DNA of 64,000 bases from an uncultured Bacteroidales bacterium. Its GTDB lineage: Bacteria > Bacteroidota > Bacteroidia > Bacteroidales > CAIXZF01. The DNA lies in contig CAIXZF010000039.1 of the NCBI GenBank assembly GCA_903923925.1, positions 7,778-71,777 on the forward strand, written 5' to 3'. Position 1 is the first letter of the stretch; each line of letters starts with the position of its first letter. The position numbers and the translations under genes were made by a program. Under the pieces are notes generated by a model. It ran no database searches and was not told the origin of the DNA. It worked only from the letters and a program-made list of their open reading frames with translations. Below, piece after piece: positions 1-9,784 of the stretch.

Positions 1-554
1 CAATTTTTATTCACTGGAATAAGAAACTAAAAAAAAATCAAGTAGGATAGTTGATTAATACATTGCAGCTCTAATTGATCCAGCTTGCTGTATTTTGGTC
101 ATGGGATTTTTATTTTACAAATACCTTACTGATTTTTAATTTTCTTTTCCTGACTTTATTTAGTTCTGGCAAGCATGGTTTTGATTTTGTAAATTCAGCC
201 CCAGCTTTTTTGGGAATCAAATTGTTCAAGTTTGGCCGACTATCTGAAATTGTATAGGGTAGGCGAGAAGTCTTTATTAAGCGTTTCAAATTTTTGGTCA
301 TCTGATGAATAAAGGTTCATTTGAATCGGAGCTTGCAGCCAGGCTTAGTGAAACCCTACCTTAAATCCTTTTAGGGCATACAATTACACTGAATGTAGTA
401 CTGTTTACAAACAGACTACCAGTAAAACTGAGGTAAATGTCCTCATTATGAGTACTTTAAGCTTAGGATTTCCTTTAAAATATTTTTGTTTACATTATTA
501 AACCTTTTCATTTGTATTACGTACAACCGGAGTGACTTTTGTATAAATCATTAA

Positions 555-634
555 GTTACAAATGTGAATTCAAGGTTACAAATGTGAATCACTAAGAAAT
601 CATAGAGTTTACAAATGTAATTTACAAATGTGAA
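555..634. repeat. Four copies of TTACAAATGT upstream of the XRE gene (putative operator array)
   Basis: TTACAAATGT at 556, 576, 609 and 622; the first two are GTTACAAATGTGAAT with a 20-bp period. Confidence 0.85.
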
Positions 635-656
635 AATCAATTTAATATTGTAAACA

Positions 657-1625
657 ATGGTTGATAGAATTACGCTCTTATTAAAGACAAAAAACATTAC
701 AGCCTCGCAATTTGCGGATGAAGTAGGAGTACAGCGTTCAAGTGTTTCCCATGTATTATCAGGCAGAAACAAGCCTAGTCTGGATTTTATTCAGAAAATA
801 CTTAAAAAATATCCAGAAATTAACCCTGATTGGTTATTATTTGGTAAGGGTGCCATGAACATGGAGTTTAATCTTTTTAGTGAAATAAGCGATGCTATTC
901 CACTTCAGGAAGAGGTTATTGATAAAGCACTTAAACGCCAGGAAAGGCCAATGAGAGCGGTGCCTGAGAAGATTCTCCCTGATGAAGACATCGAAGCTGA
1001 TGAGGAAGTTTTCGAAAAGGAAATTTTAACTCAGGGGATTAATTTGGCTGCTGCGCAGGAAAATTCCGAATCTTTGAAGAGCGAACCAATTTCTTCTATT
1101 CATTCAGAGACTCATTATTCAAATATTCAAACAGAAAACAATCAAAATCAACCTATTGTAACGAATATTCAGCATCAAGCTGTAATTCATCCTCCTCAAA
1201 GTAATATTGCAACCTCTCCACAGACTTTTACAACGCAACACCATACAAATCCTCCACAACAGACTTATCCGCTGCCACAAGAGCTAAATACAGCCCCACA
1301 GCAGGTATTTCAACCCCAGCAGGCGGTAAATTCAACTCCACAGCAGGTATTTCAACCACAGCAGGTGGTAAATGCGGTCCCACAGCAAGCATTTCAACAA
1401 CCACAACTGTTAAATACAGCATCACAGCAGGCATTTCAACAACAACAGCCAGATAGTACTGCTCCTCAGTATTCGTTTCAACAAAATGCAGGAAATATTT
1501 CTCCTCAGGCGACCCAACAAAATGTCCAAACCCCGATGCCGGCAATTCCGGCAACAGGGAAGGAAATCGAACAAATAATGGTGTTTTATAAAGACAAGAC
1601 TTTTACTGTTTACAAACCTGAATAG
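657..1625 (+). CDS. XRE-family HTH DNA-binding protein with a long acidic/Gln-Pro-rich linker and short C-terminal motif
   Basis: N-terminal HTH (ITASQFADEVGVQRSSVSHVLSGRNKPSLDF...INPDWLLFGKG); C-terminal IEQIMVFYKDKTFTVY motif typical of a Bacteroidota family. Confidence 0.85.
   Translation: MVDRITLLLKTKNITASQFADEVGVQRSSVSHVLSGRNKPSLDFIQKILKKYPEINPDWLLFGKGAMNMEFNLFSEISDAIPLQEEVIDKALKRQERPMRAVPEKILPDEDIEADEEVFEKEILTQGINLAAAQENSESLKSEPISSIHSETHYSNIQTENNQNQPIVTNIQHQAVIHPPQSNIATSPQTFTTQHHTNPPQQTYPLPQELNTAPQQVFQPQQAVNSTPQQVFQPQQVVNAVPQQAFQQPQLLNTASQQAFQQQQPDSTAPQYSFQQNAGNISPQATQQNVQTPMPAIPATGKEIEQIMVFYKDKTFTVYKPE
1287..1496 (+). repeat. Five degenerate in-frame 42-bp tandem repeats (14-aa Gln-rich unit)
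   Basis: Units start at 1287, 1329, 1371, 1413, 1455: NTAPQQVFQPQQAV / NSTPQQVFQPQQVV / NAVPQQAFQQPQLL / NTASQQAFQQQQPD / STAPQYSFQQNAGN. Confidence 0.85.
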
Positions 1626-1628
1626 TGG

Positions 1629-1688
1629 TTACAATTGTAATCACACTGTTTAATAAAGCAGCAAAGTCACATTGGTTTACAATTGTAA
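1629..1688. repeat. Two perfect palindromes TTACAATTGTAA just downstream of the XRE gene
   Basis: Copies at 1629-1640 and 1677-1688, in the short gap between convergent XRE and ndk genes. Confidence 0.85.
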
Positions 1689-1696
1689 CTAGTTTG

Positions 1697-2119
1697 TTAT
1701 TGTAACCTTTCAATTTCACTAAAGAAAAAATTTGATTCACGGATGGCATTTTCATCACTATCAGAACCATGGACTGCATTATACGATAAACTTGTTCCCC
1801 AACGATTCCTGATTGTATTTTCATCAGCTTTGAGGGGATCAGTGGCACCTATTAGTTTTCTGAAATCTTCAACAGCATTATCCTTTTCAAGAATAGCAGC
1901 GATAATAGGACCAGATGACATGAAGTCACATAAGTCATTGTAAAATGGTCTTTCATTATGAATTTCATAAAAGGCTTCTGCCTGATTCAGTTGTAATTGA
2001 GTTAATTTCAGTGCTTTACATTTAAAACCTGCATCTGTAATTGCTTGAATAATATTGCCCATATCACCATTTGCCATGGCATCGGGTTTAATCATTGTAA
2101 AAGTCTGTTTACCAGTCAT
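1697..2119 (-). CDS. ndk: Nucleoside diphosphate kinase
   Basis: [14 protein letters not shown] and NAVHGSDS catalytic His motif. Confidence 0.97.
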   Translation of the reverse strand: MTGKQTFTMIKPDAMANGDMGNIIQAITDAGFKCKALKLTQLQLNQAEAFYEIHNERPFYNDLCDFMSSGPIIAAILEKDNAVEDFRKLIGATDPLKADENTIRNRWGTSLSYNAVHGSDSDENAIRESNFFFSEIERLQ

Positions 2120-2241
2120 ATGTTTAAATATTTAGATTATTGGCGCAAAATTAGTTATTTTAATCAGTGGAATTGCTTATTTTGAAGTACTATATAGCCG
2201 GAATTCTTATTTTTGTGGTGTAATTTATTCAAATAGCTATT

Positions 2242-3264
2242 GTGAAGGAAGTATATAAGCAGATTCAGGAGTACTTTTCCATTCCAAGGAAAATTCTGAT
2301 TACCACTCACACTAATCCTGATGGAGATGCAATAGGGTCATCACTTGCTTTTTATAAGTATTTAATTTCCAAGGGTCATGAAGTAAATGTTATTGTTCCC
2401 AATGATTACCCATCCTTTTTGGCATGGATACCAGGAATAAAAGATATGCTTATATACAAACATGATGAAAAAAAATGTCATAAAGTATCACTTGAAGCAG
2501 ATACAGTTTGTTGCTTGGATTTCAATAGTTTACATAGAATGGAGAAACTAGCTGAAGTGTTTAAAAATAAAACATGGAAGCGAATTTTAATAGATCATCA
2601 TCCAATTCCTGAAGTAGAAGCATTCGACATTGTATTGTCTCAAACAAAGGTTTCATCGACTTCAGAACTTGTATATGATTTGATATCAGAAATATCAGGC
2701 AAAGAAGCAATTACCAGAGAAATGGCTGAATGCATTTATGTTGGAATTATAACTGATACAGGTTCATACAGTTATTCTTGTAATTATGAAAAAACATTCC
2801 TGGCGACTGCTCATCTTGTTGCACTTGGAGTTGATGGTGAACGTATTCACAGGCTTGTTTACGATACCTATTCAGAAAGCCGGATGAGGCTGTTAGGTTA
2901 TTCATTATCAGAACGTTTACGAGTTTTTCCTGAATTCAGCACTGCTTATATTTTCCTCACAAAAGAAGATCTTAAAAAATTCAAATTTCAGATTGGAGAT
3001 ACAGAAGGCATTGTAAATTATGCATTATCAATTGATGGTGTTTCATTGGCGGTTTTATTTACAGAGAAAGAAAACCATATACGGTTATCGCTTCGCTCAA
3101 AGGGTAATTTTTCGGTAAATGAGCTTGTCAGGCTACATTTTGAAGGAGGAGGGCACCGAAATGCCGCGGGTGGAAATTCAACGAAATCTATGGAGGAAAC
3201 ATTAAAACAGTTTGAGGCTATACTGCCTTCTTATAAAAGTGAGTTAGCTAGTGTACAAATTTGA
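2242..3264 (+). CDS. nrnA: DHH/DHHA1 phosphoesterase (oligoribonuclease/pAp phosphatase)
   Basis: HTNPDGDA, IDHH, TDTG and GGGHRNAAG motifs. Confidence 0.9.
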   Translation: MKEVYKQIQEYFSIPRKILITTHTNPDGDAIGSSLAFYKYLISKGHEVNVIVPNDYPSFLAWIPGIKDMLIYKHDEKKCHKVSLEADTVCCLDFNSLHRMEKLAEVFKNKTWKRILIDHHPIPEVEAFDIVLSQTKVSSTSELVYDLISEISGKEAITREMAECIYVGIITDTGSYSYSCNYEKTFLATAHLVALGVDGERIHRLVYDTYSESRMRLLGYSLSERLRVFPEFSTAYIFLTKEDLKKFKFQIGDTEGIVNYALSIDGVSLAVLFTEKENHIRLSLRSKGNFSVNELVRLHFEGGGHRNAAGGNSTKSMEETLKQFEAILPSYKSELASVQI

Positions 3265-3295
3265 TTTCCGTAGTTCCTTATTTTTATTAGGCAAT

Positions 3296-3814
3296 ATGAA
3301 ATATTTATTTCTTATTCTAAGTGTTTGTTTGTTAGTCTCTTGCAATTATAATACAAAAATAGAAAAACAAAAGATATCAGAAAAAGATCTTTCTGAACCT
3401 ATGCTGAGGGCTAACAGTCATATGGTACGGAATGAAGAAAACCAGATAGAAGCCTTTATTAAGCGTTATAATTTGCCAATGACCAAAACAGGTACAGGAC
3501 TGAGATATTATGTATATAAGCCAGGTAGAGGAAAAAAGGCTGGAAATGAAATGATTGTGAAGATAAATTATTCTGTTAAACTTATTAGCGGTCAACAGAT
3601 TTACACTTCTGAAAATGAAGGTCCTTTAGTGTTTCAATTGGGTAAGGGTGGAACAATCAACGGTTTGGAAGAGGCTATAATGATGTTTCGGGTAGGAGAT
3701 CAAGCAAAAATTATAGTACCTTCGCATCTTGCTTTCGGTTTACTTGGAGATCAGAAGAAAATTCCGCAGAGAGCCACTTTGGTTTATGATATTTCAATAC
3801 TTGAGTTAAACTAA
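3296..3814 (+). CDS. FKBP-type PPIase lipoprotein (GldI-like)
   Basis: Start moved to ATG 3296 (MKYLFLILSVCLLVSC lipobox); FKBP motifs GLEEAI and IIVPSHLAFG; position after the DHH gene resembles gldI loci. Confidence 0.8.
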   Translation: MKYLFLILSVCLLVSCNYNTKIEKQKISEKDLSEPMLRANSHMVRNEENQIEAFIKRYNLPMTKTGTGLRYYVYKPGRGKKAGNEMIVKINYSVKLISGQQIYTSENEGPLVFQLGKGGTINGLEEAIMMFRVGDQAKIIVPSHLAFGLLGDQKKIPQRATLVYDISILELN

Positions 3815-3865
3815 TAAATTAAATAATAACAATTAAATAATTATTAATCAACAAATTAAATTAAA

Positions 3866-4777
3866 ATGAAAAAACTCTTATTTGTCATTGTTCCTATCCT
3901 GATAGCAGCATTTATTGTCTCTTGTGGTGATGGACCTTCAGGATTCAAGAAATCGGACAATGGGCTCTTATACAAGTTCCATAAAAGGAATAAAGAAGGC
4001 GTAAAGCCAGTTGAAGGTGATATGCTTACCGCTATTCTTATTTATGCTGTACGTGATACTAAAACAGAAAAAGATTCTGTTTTGTTCGACAGTCACAATA
4101 ATCCCGGACCTTTCCGTATTCCTCTTTCAAAATCTGAGTTCAAGGGTGACATATATGAAGGTTTTGGGATGATGAGCGAAGGTGATAGCGCTACTTTCAT
4201 TATAAGTGCCGACTCTTTTTTCTTAAAAACGGTTCGTGCTCAGAAACTTCCAGATTTTATTCAGCCTAAATCAAATCTTTATTTCAGAATTAAGCTAGAG
4301 AAGATCCAAAAGAAGGCTGATTATGAAAAAGAGCAGAAACAGATGATGGAGAAGCAAATGAAAGAAATGGCCGAAATGAAAGAAAAAGAGCAAGTTAGTA
4401 TTGATAAATATCTTGCTGATAATAAAATCACTGCGAAACCTCTTGAAAGTGGACTCGTTTTTATGGATGTAAAAAAAGGTAAAGGTGCAAAAGCTGCCAA
4501 AGGTGACAAGGTAAAAGTTGAATATAAAGGGATGTTACTTGATGGCACTGAATTTGATTCTTCTACCAAACATGGCAAACCTTTTGAATTTGAACTCGGA
4601 GCTGGTCAGGTAATTCCAGGTTGGGATGAAGGTATTCAGTTGATGAAAGTTGGCGGAAAAGCTAAATTGGTTGTTCCTTCCAGGTTAGGTTATGGTTCAC
4701 GTGGAGCCGGTACAATTCCTCCATATGCCACTCTGGTTTTTGAAGTTGAATTGGTTGCTACCGGTCCAGCGAAATAG
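3866..4777 (+). CDS. FKBP-type PPIase lipoprotein with a degenerate N-terminal and a canonical C-terminal FKBP domain
   Basis: Lipobox IVSC; VEYKG..FDSS, GQVIPGWDEG, LGYG, TLVFEVEL. Confidence 0.92.
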   Translation: MKKLLFVIVPILIAAFIVSCGDGPSGFKKSDNGLLYKFHKRNKEGVKPVEGDMLTAILIYAVRDTKTEKDSVLFDSHNNPGPFRIPLSKSEFKGDIYEGFGMMSEGDSATFIISADSFFLKTVRAQKLPDFIQPKSNLYFRIKLEKIQKKADYEKEQKQMMEKQMKEMAEMKEKEQVSIDKYLADNKITAKPLESGLVFMDVKKGKGAKAAKGDKVKVEYKGMLLDGTEFDSSTKHGKPFEFELGAGQVIPGWDEGIQLMKVGGKAKLVVPSRLGYGSRGAGTIPPYATLVFEVELVATGPAK

Positions 4778-4822
4778 TTTAATTAAAACTTTAGATAATT
4801 TACTTAAATTATTGAAAATAAA

Positions 4823-5743
4823 ATGATTATGAAAAATAAAATTATAAAATATCTTGGGCTTTGTACCTTAGGTTTATTTACTTTTTTCTCAAGCAATGCT
4901 CAAGATGTGCAGGGTGTTGAGAAAACTGCAAATGGACTGAAATACAAGTTTTTTGTTCAAAATAAGGAAGGTAAAAAACCTATCGTAACAGACTTTGTAA
5001 CGATAGTTGCATATTATCAGGCAACGGACACTATTTTCTTTGATAGTCGTAAAAGCCCTACACCTTATGTTTTTCCGGTTATGGAGCGAACATATAAAGG
5101 TGATCTTTTTGAAGGATTACAATTAATGTCGGCAGGAGATAGTGCAGTATTTTTACTAAGCGCAGATTCATTATTCTTAAAAACTTTCAGAGTTAAAGAA
5201 TTACCCAGGTACATTAAAAAAGGCAGCGTTGTCAAAGCTTTCGTAAAGATGCTGAAAATGCAGCCAGGCGAAGAGTTTAAAAAAGACCTTCAGGCCAAAT
5301 TTGATGCGGAAACTAAAAAGCAGGATCTGGAAAAAGCAAAAGAAGACTCAGCACTAAAAGTATATCTTAAAGAAAAGGGTATAACTGCAAAGCCTACCAA
5401 GAATGGATTATATTATGTAGAGGTTCAAAAAGGAACAGGACCAGTTGCTATTGCCGGCACTAAAGTTAAAGTTCATTATACTGGCACTTTATTGAATGGT
5501 AAGAAATTTGATTCTTCTGTTGATAGAAACCAGCCTTTTGAATTTGATCTGGGTAAAGGTCAGGTAATTAAAGGTTGGGATGAAGGTATCGCTTTGATGT
5601 CTGTTGGCGGGAAAGCCAAGTTGATTATCCCTTCAAAATTAGGATATGCTGAAAGAGGTGCTCCACCTACTATCGCTCCTTTCTCAACTTTAGTTTTTGA
5701 TGTTGAACTTCTTGATGTTAAGCAAGTTGAAGTAAAAAAATAA
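4823..5743 (+). CDS. FKBP-type PPIase (exported, two FKBP-like domains)
   Basis: Signal peptide; [32 protein letters not shown]. Confidence 0.92.
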   Translation: MIMKNKIIKYLGLCTLGLFTFFSSNAQDVQGVEKTANGLKYKFFVQNKEGKKPIVTDFVTIVAYYQATDTIFFDSRKSPTPYVFPVMERTYKGDLFEGLQLMSAGDSAVFLLSADSLFLKTFRVKELPRYIKKGSVVKAFVKMLKMQPGEEFKKDLQAKFDAETKKQDLEKAKEDSALKVYLKEKGITAKPTKNGLYYVEVQKGTGPVAIAGTKVKVHYTGTLLNGKKFDSSVDRNQPFEFDLGKGQVIKGWDEGIALMSVGGKAKLIIPSKLGYAERGAPPTIAPFSTLVFDVELLDVKQVEVKK

Positions 5744-5761
5744 TTCAATTCGGTGATGGAG

Positions 5762-5808
5762 AATCCATTAACTGTCGGACGAATTCACTCCCAGTTAATG
5801 GATTTTTT
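5762..5808 (+). terminator. Hairpin plus T-run between the third and fourth FKBP genes
   Basis: AATCCATTAACTG (5762-5774) / CAGTTAATGGATT (5792-5804), 13-bp perfect stem followed by TTTT. Confidence 0.6.
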
Positions 5809-5830
5809 ATTTACTATTAAAACGATTATA

Positions 5831-6721
5831 ATGATAACAAGAAATGTAAAGTTTTGGTTTGTAATGGTTTCAGGTTTAGTTTTCATTACAATGGCAGGGA
5901 AATCCCAGGAATATCAGAAGTCGGCTTCGGGTATTCAATATAAATTCCATAAAACTGTAAAAAATGCTGCAAAGCCTGTTGCAGGCGACTTATTAACTCT
6001 TTCTATGGTTTACAGGACTTCCGCAGATTCTTTAGTATTTGATAGCCGTAGGAATGGTTATGAATTTACTTATACATTAGCAAATTCCTCATTTACAGCT
6101 GATTTTAATCATGCCCTTTTAATGATGGGCAAAGGTGACAGTGCCTCCTTTATTCTTAAAGCAGATTCATTTTACCTTAAAACACTGGGGATGAAAAAGC
6201 TACCTTCTTTTGTTAAAAAAACTACGAATCTTAATTTTCACGTAAAATTGCTTGCTATTAAAGCTGCCAATGATGTTTTACAGGAGCAGGTAAATTACAT
6301 GAAAGATCGTACAAGCAAAAATGATGTTTCAAAGAAAACAGAAAAAGACAGCATTTCTAAGTACCTGGAAAGAAATAAGATAACTGAGAAACCCACACAA
6401 TCTGGCCTGTACTTTATTTCGCTTCAGGAAGGCAATGGAATTCAACCCAAAGTTGGTAACAAAGTAAAGGTAAATTATAAAGGAATGTTTACCAACGGTA
6501 AGACTTTTGATTCATCCTATGATGCAGGTGCCCCCTTTGAATTCAAAACAGGTGCTAAGCAGGTTATTCGTGGATTTGAAGAGGGTATTTTGATGATGAA
6601 AAAGGGAGGTAAAGCAAAATTGATAATTCCATCATCCATTGGATATGGTGAAAATTCTGCGGGGGAAATTCCTCCATTTACGACATTAATATTTGAAATT
6701 GAACTCCTGGATATTAATTAA
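5831..6721 (+). CDS. FKBP-type PPIase (exported, two FKBP-like domains)
   Basis: Probable start ATG 5831 gives a signal peptide; VNYKG..FDSS, QVIRGFEEG, LIFEIELL. Confidence 0.9.
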   Translation: MITRNVKFWFVMVSGLVFITMAGKSQEYQKSASGIQYKFHKTVKNAAKPVAGDLLTLSMVYRTSADSLVFDSRRNGYEFTYTLANSSFTADFNHALLMMGKGDSASFILKADSFYLKTLGMKKLPSFVKKTTNLNFHVKLLAIKAANDVLQEQVNYMKDRTSKNDVSKKTEKDSISKYLERNKITEKPTQSGLYFISLQEGNGIQPKVGNKVKVNYKGMFTNGKTFDSSYDAGAPFEFKTGAKQVIRGFEEGILMMKKGGKAKLIIPSSIGYGENSAGEIPPFTTLIFEIELLDIN

Positions 6722-6724
6722 AAC

Positions 6725-7921
6725 TCAGGATGCTCTTTTTGCACGCTCCCAGTTTACAGATTGTTTTCCTTTAATATACCGGAGGAACCCCAGGTAAACA
6801 GCATAATTCATAATAAAGAAGTAATAAGGCACGAACAGTGCCTTTACTTTTATCCGTTTAGACTGAAGATACCAGCCTGTTAGGGCTGAAATATAGAACA
6901 GCATTTGCAATCCAAACAGAACTGGATAGAACGACAGGGATAAAATTCCGGCATGTATTGCAAGAGCGAAGTTTGACAAGAATATAAGTAACAAGCCCAG
7001 AGGCGCAAGTGTCCATCTGAGCACACGATGGGAGATATATTGAAAGGATAAGGTTCTGTATTTAAAGATATTAAGTAGAGCTCTTAGTCTGACAACTGAT
7101 TGAATACCACCTGCTGCAATTCTTATTTTACGTTTAAGTTCCTCCTTAACATTCGCTGAGGAAGTTTCCATTGCGTATGCTTCCGGGTCATATTGTATAG
7201 TATAACCTTTCATTGCGATTCTCAGAGAAATAATAAAATCATCCAGAAGGGTATCTGGTTCAACTTCATGCATGAGTTCAGTCCGAACAGCAAATAGCTC
7301 TCCAGCAGCTCCGACAACGGAATAAAGTTCTGAATCCCATTGTTTTAATTTAGATTCATATTTCCAATAAATGCCCTCTCCAGCTCCTGCTGCAGATTCA
7401 GCTTCACTGGTCATAATGCGCTTTTCACCAGATACACAGCCTGTTTTAGGGTTAGCAAAAAGTGCTACTATCCGGTTAACAGAATCTTTACCCAAAAGAG
7501 TATTGGCATCAGAGAAAATTGTAATAGGTGTTTTAACAAATTGAAGCCCGCGATTCATAGCCATTATTTTACCTCTTCTGGCATCTTCATGGTATACAGA
7601 TACTTCAGGATATTTCTTTAATAAATCAGGAGTTCCATCGTTTGATCCGTCGGTAATCCAGATAAACTTTATTTTTTCCTTTGGATAATCAAGTTCATAT
7701 GAATTTTTAATTTTCATTGAAACGAAATCTTTTTCATTAAATGCTGTAACAAAAAGAGTTACATCCGGCATATAATCATTAACTTTAACTAAAATATCTT
7801 TATCTCCTGATAGTAATCTTTTTAGTTTAATCAGAATGAAAAGCAATATTCCATAGCCTATATAGGCATAAATAACAACAAAAAGAAAGAGCCAGAAAGT
7901 GATTTTCAATGCTATAAACAT
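6725..7921 (-). CDS. GT2 membrane glycosyltransferase (PgaC/cellulose-synthase-like)
   Basis: AFNE, DGSND, FSDAN, LLDDF and RKIRI motifs; N- and C-terminal TM helices. Confidence 0.9.
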   Translation of the reverse strand: MFIALKITFWLFLFVVIYAYIGYGILLFILIKLKRLLSGDKDILVKVNDYMPDVTLFVTAFNEKDFVSMKIKNSYELDYPKEKIKFIWITDGSNDGTPDLLKKYPEVSVYHEDARRGKIMAMNRGLQFVKTPITIFSDANTLLGKDSVNRIVALFANPKTGCVSGEKRIMTSEAESAAGAGEGIYWKYESKLKQWDSELYSVVGAAGELFAVRTELMHEVEPDTLLDDFIISLRIAMKGYTIQYDPEAYAMETSSANVKEELKRKIRIAAGGIQSVVRLRALLNIFKYRTLSFQYISHRVLRWTLAPLGLLLIFLSNFALAIHAGILSLSFYPVLFGLQMLFYISALTGWYLQSKRIKVKALFVPYYFFIMNYAVYLGFLRYIKGKQSVNWERAKRAS

Positions 7922-8024
7922 ATTACTTAAAGTTTTTGTCGAGGTAAATTAAGATAAATATTTATTTAAACTAAACTATTAATTAATGCATAATAAGGTA
8001 CATTAAATCAGTAAATTAGAATTA

Positions 8025-9167
8025 TTAATTATTATTTAGAATTCCTTTATAAAGGTAGATAACTTCCTCAGCCATTTTTTGCCAGGAAAACGCTTTTGCT
8101 CTTTCAAATCCTTTTTGGATGAGTTCAATCCGCAAGCTATCATCCTCCAATAATTTTATGATTGCATCGGTAATTTCATCGGGTTTAAAGGGATCAATAT
8201 ACAAGGCAGCGTTTCCCGCAACTTCGGGCATACAGGATGTATTGGACGCGATCAATGGTGCTCCGCTGGCCATTGCTTCTATCATAGGTATTCCGAAGCT
8301 TTCCCTTAAAGATGGATAAAGAAAAACTGAACATGCACTATAAATGGCAGGTAGGTCAGTATTCACAACATAACCTGCGAGTTTTATCATTTTTATCATT
8401 TCTGGATCACCAATGTCAGAAAGCATTTTTTGAAGGGCATCTTTGTCGTAATCCAGCATTACCAAAGGGATACGGTATTTTTCACCCCTGGTATACAATT
8501 GTGAAAGAGCCTTTAAAACACCAATAGTATTCTTTTTAGGATCAGTGTTGCCCAGGAAAAACAGGAATTTTTCAGGTAGATTATATTTCAATCTTATCCT
8601 TTTTAATTCTATTAGATCGGAAACTGGATTAAAGTAATTTCCGACTCCATTATAGATTGCTAATACCTTATCAAAAGAAAATCCAAAGAAATCAGCAATT
8701 CGTTTTCTTTCATATTCTGAAACAGTAATAACTTTTGTACTATTAGAGAGAACTTTGGGAACAACGAATCGTCTGTACATATTTCCCAATTTCTGATACC
8801 AGGTAAAACCTTTTTTAAAAAGACTTACTGATTCCATGTAAATTATATCATGCAGGGTGAGCACGATTGGTATAGTACATCTGATAGGCCCGGTATTACT
8901 GGTGCAATGAAGGATCTGCACACCTTCTTTTTGAGCTGCTGCTGCAAGTTTAAATTGTTCCCAAACAGGATAAGGTCCTGATATTTTTACAATTCTCACG
9001 TTGGGTGTTTCGGAGAAGCATGCTTCATCCTCTCCGGGTTTAACGAAAATGACATATTCGTTTTCGAGGTCAATTTTGGCGATGTTCCTGATTAGTTCAA
9101 GAGCAACATAATCCATTCCGTGCTTTTTCTTCCGGAAAATACGCTGAGCTTCGATTCCAATTTTCAT
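8025..9167 (-). CDS. GT4 glycosyltransferase
   Basis: TLHD; YPSLRESFGIPMIEAMASG. Confidence 0.92.
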   Translation of the reverse strand: MKIGIEAQRIFRKKKHGMDYVALELIRNIAKIDLENEYVIFVKPGEDEACFSETPNVRIVKISGPYPVWEQFKLAAAAQKEGVQILHCTSNTGPIRCTIPIVLTLHDIIYMESVSLFKKGFTWYQKLGNMYRRFVVPKVLSNSTKVITVSEYERKRIADFFGFSFDKVLAIYNGVGNYFNPVSDLIELKRIRLKYNLPEKFLFFLGNTDPKKNTIGVLKALSQLYTRGEKYRIPLVMLDYDKDALQKMLSDIGDPEMIKMIKLAGYVVNTDLPAIYSACSVFLYPSLRESFGIPMIEAMASGAPLIASNTSCMPEVAGNAALYIDPFKPDEITDAIIKLLEDDSLRIELIQKGFERAKAFSWQKMAEEVIYLYKGILNNN

Positions 9168-9277
9168 ATTAGGAAGATATTAATTGCAATAATGAGGCAA
9201 TTTAAACATTTTCCCTCTAGAAAATCATGAGGAATCAGAAAAGAATAAATAAATTTTTCTGAAAACGAAAAAGGCAG

Positions 9278-9586
9278 TTATTCTTCTGCTTGTTCTGCAA
9301 AGGGTTCGTCATTTGGCGAAATTGCGGCATCAGGACCGCTGATTTCTTCAAAGTCAGGTAGAAAGTCTTCATCAGAATCTATTCCTTTGCGGTCTTTCTT
9401 TACCTTTACTTTAACCAAATAGGATATATCCTCAGTATCGACAAGAATAGCATAGAAGAAATTATCTTTTGCCCCTTGCACCTTAATTACATGATTAGCC
9501 CAACCTTCAGGATATTGTTTTTCAATTTCTTGCAAAACTCCGGTTGGCAAATTATCATAGTTAATTACAATCCTTTTTTTTACCAT
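9278..9586 (-). CDS. Conserved Bacteroidota hypothetical protein with acidic tail
   Basis: KKRIVINYDNL...YPEG...YLVKV pattern; Asp/Glu-rich C-terminus; -7 element TACGTTTG upstream on the minus strand. Confidence 0.75.
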   Translation of the reverse strand: MVKKRIVINYDNLPTGVLQEIEKQYPEGWANHVIKVQGAKDNFFYAILVDTEDISYLVKVKVKKDRKGIDSDEDFLPDFEEISGPDAAISPNDEPFAEQAEE

Positions 9587-9784
9587 TTCTGTTAATTATA
9601 GTTTGTAACAGGAATTCAAGACTGAATTATGCAAACGTACAGGATTTTTTTAAAAATCCAAATTTTCTTTGAAAAATTAAAAAATATTAATTTTCAAGGT
9701 GTTCACTTCTTTATTAAAAGTTTAATGTATTTTTCGACACCGAAAAGTTTACAAAATTAAACTAGTTTACAAAAGTATTAAATA

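Noticed and set aside
555-634. Repeats as a mini-CRISPR array
   Set aside because: Repeats are only 10-15 bp with irregular gaps of a few to ~20 bp, and there are no cas genes
1-772. ORFs 75-257, 110-301 and 551-772; oriC in this long intergenic region
   Set aside because: No recognisable motifs in the ORFs, and no TTATCCACA-type DnaA box cluster was seen
1228-1554. Minus-strand 108-aa ORF with periodic VEIPAV units
   Set aside because: Antisense shadow of the Gln-rich repeats of the XRE gene
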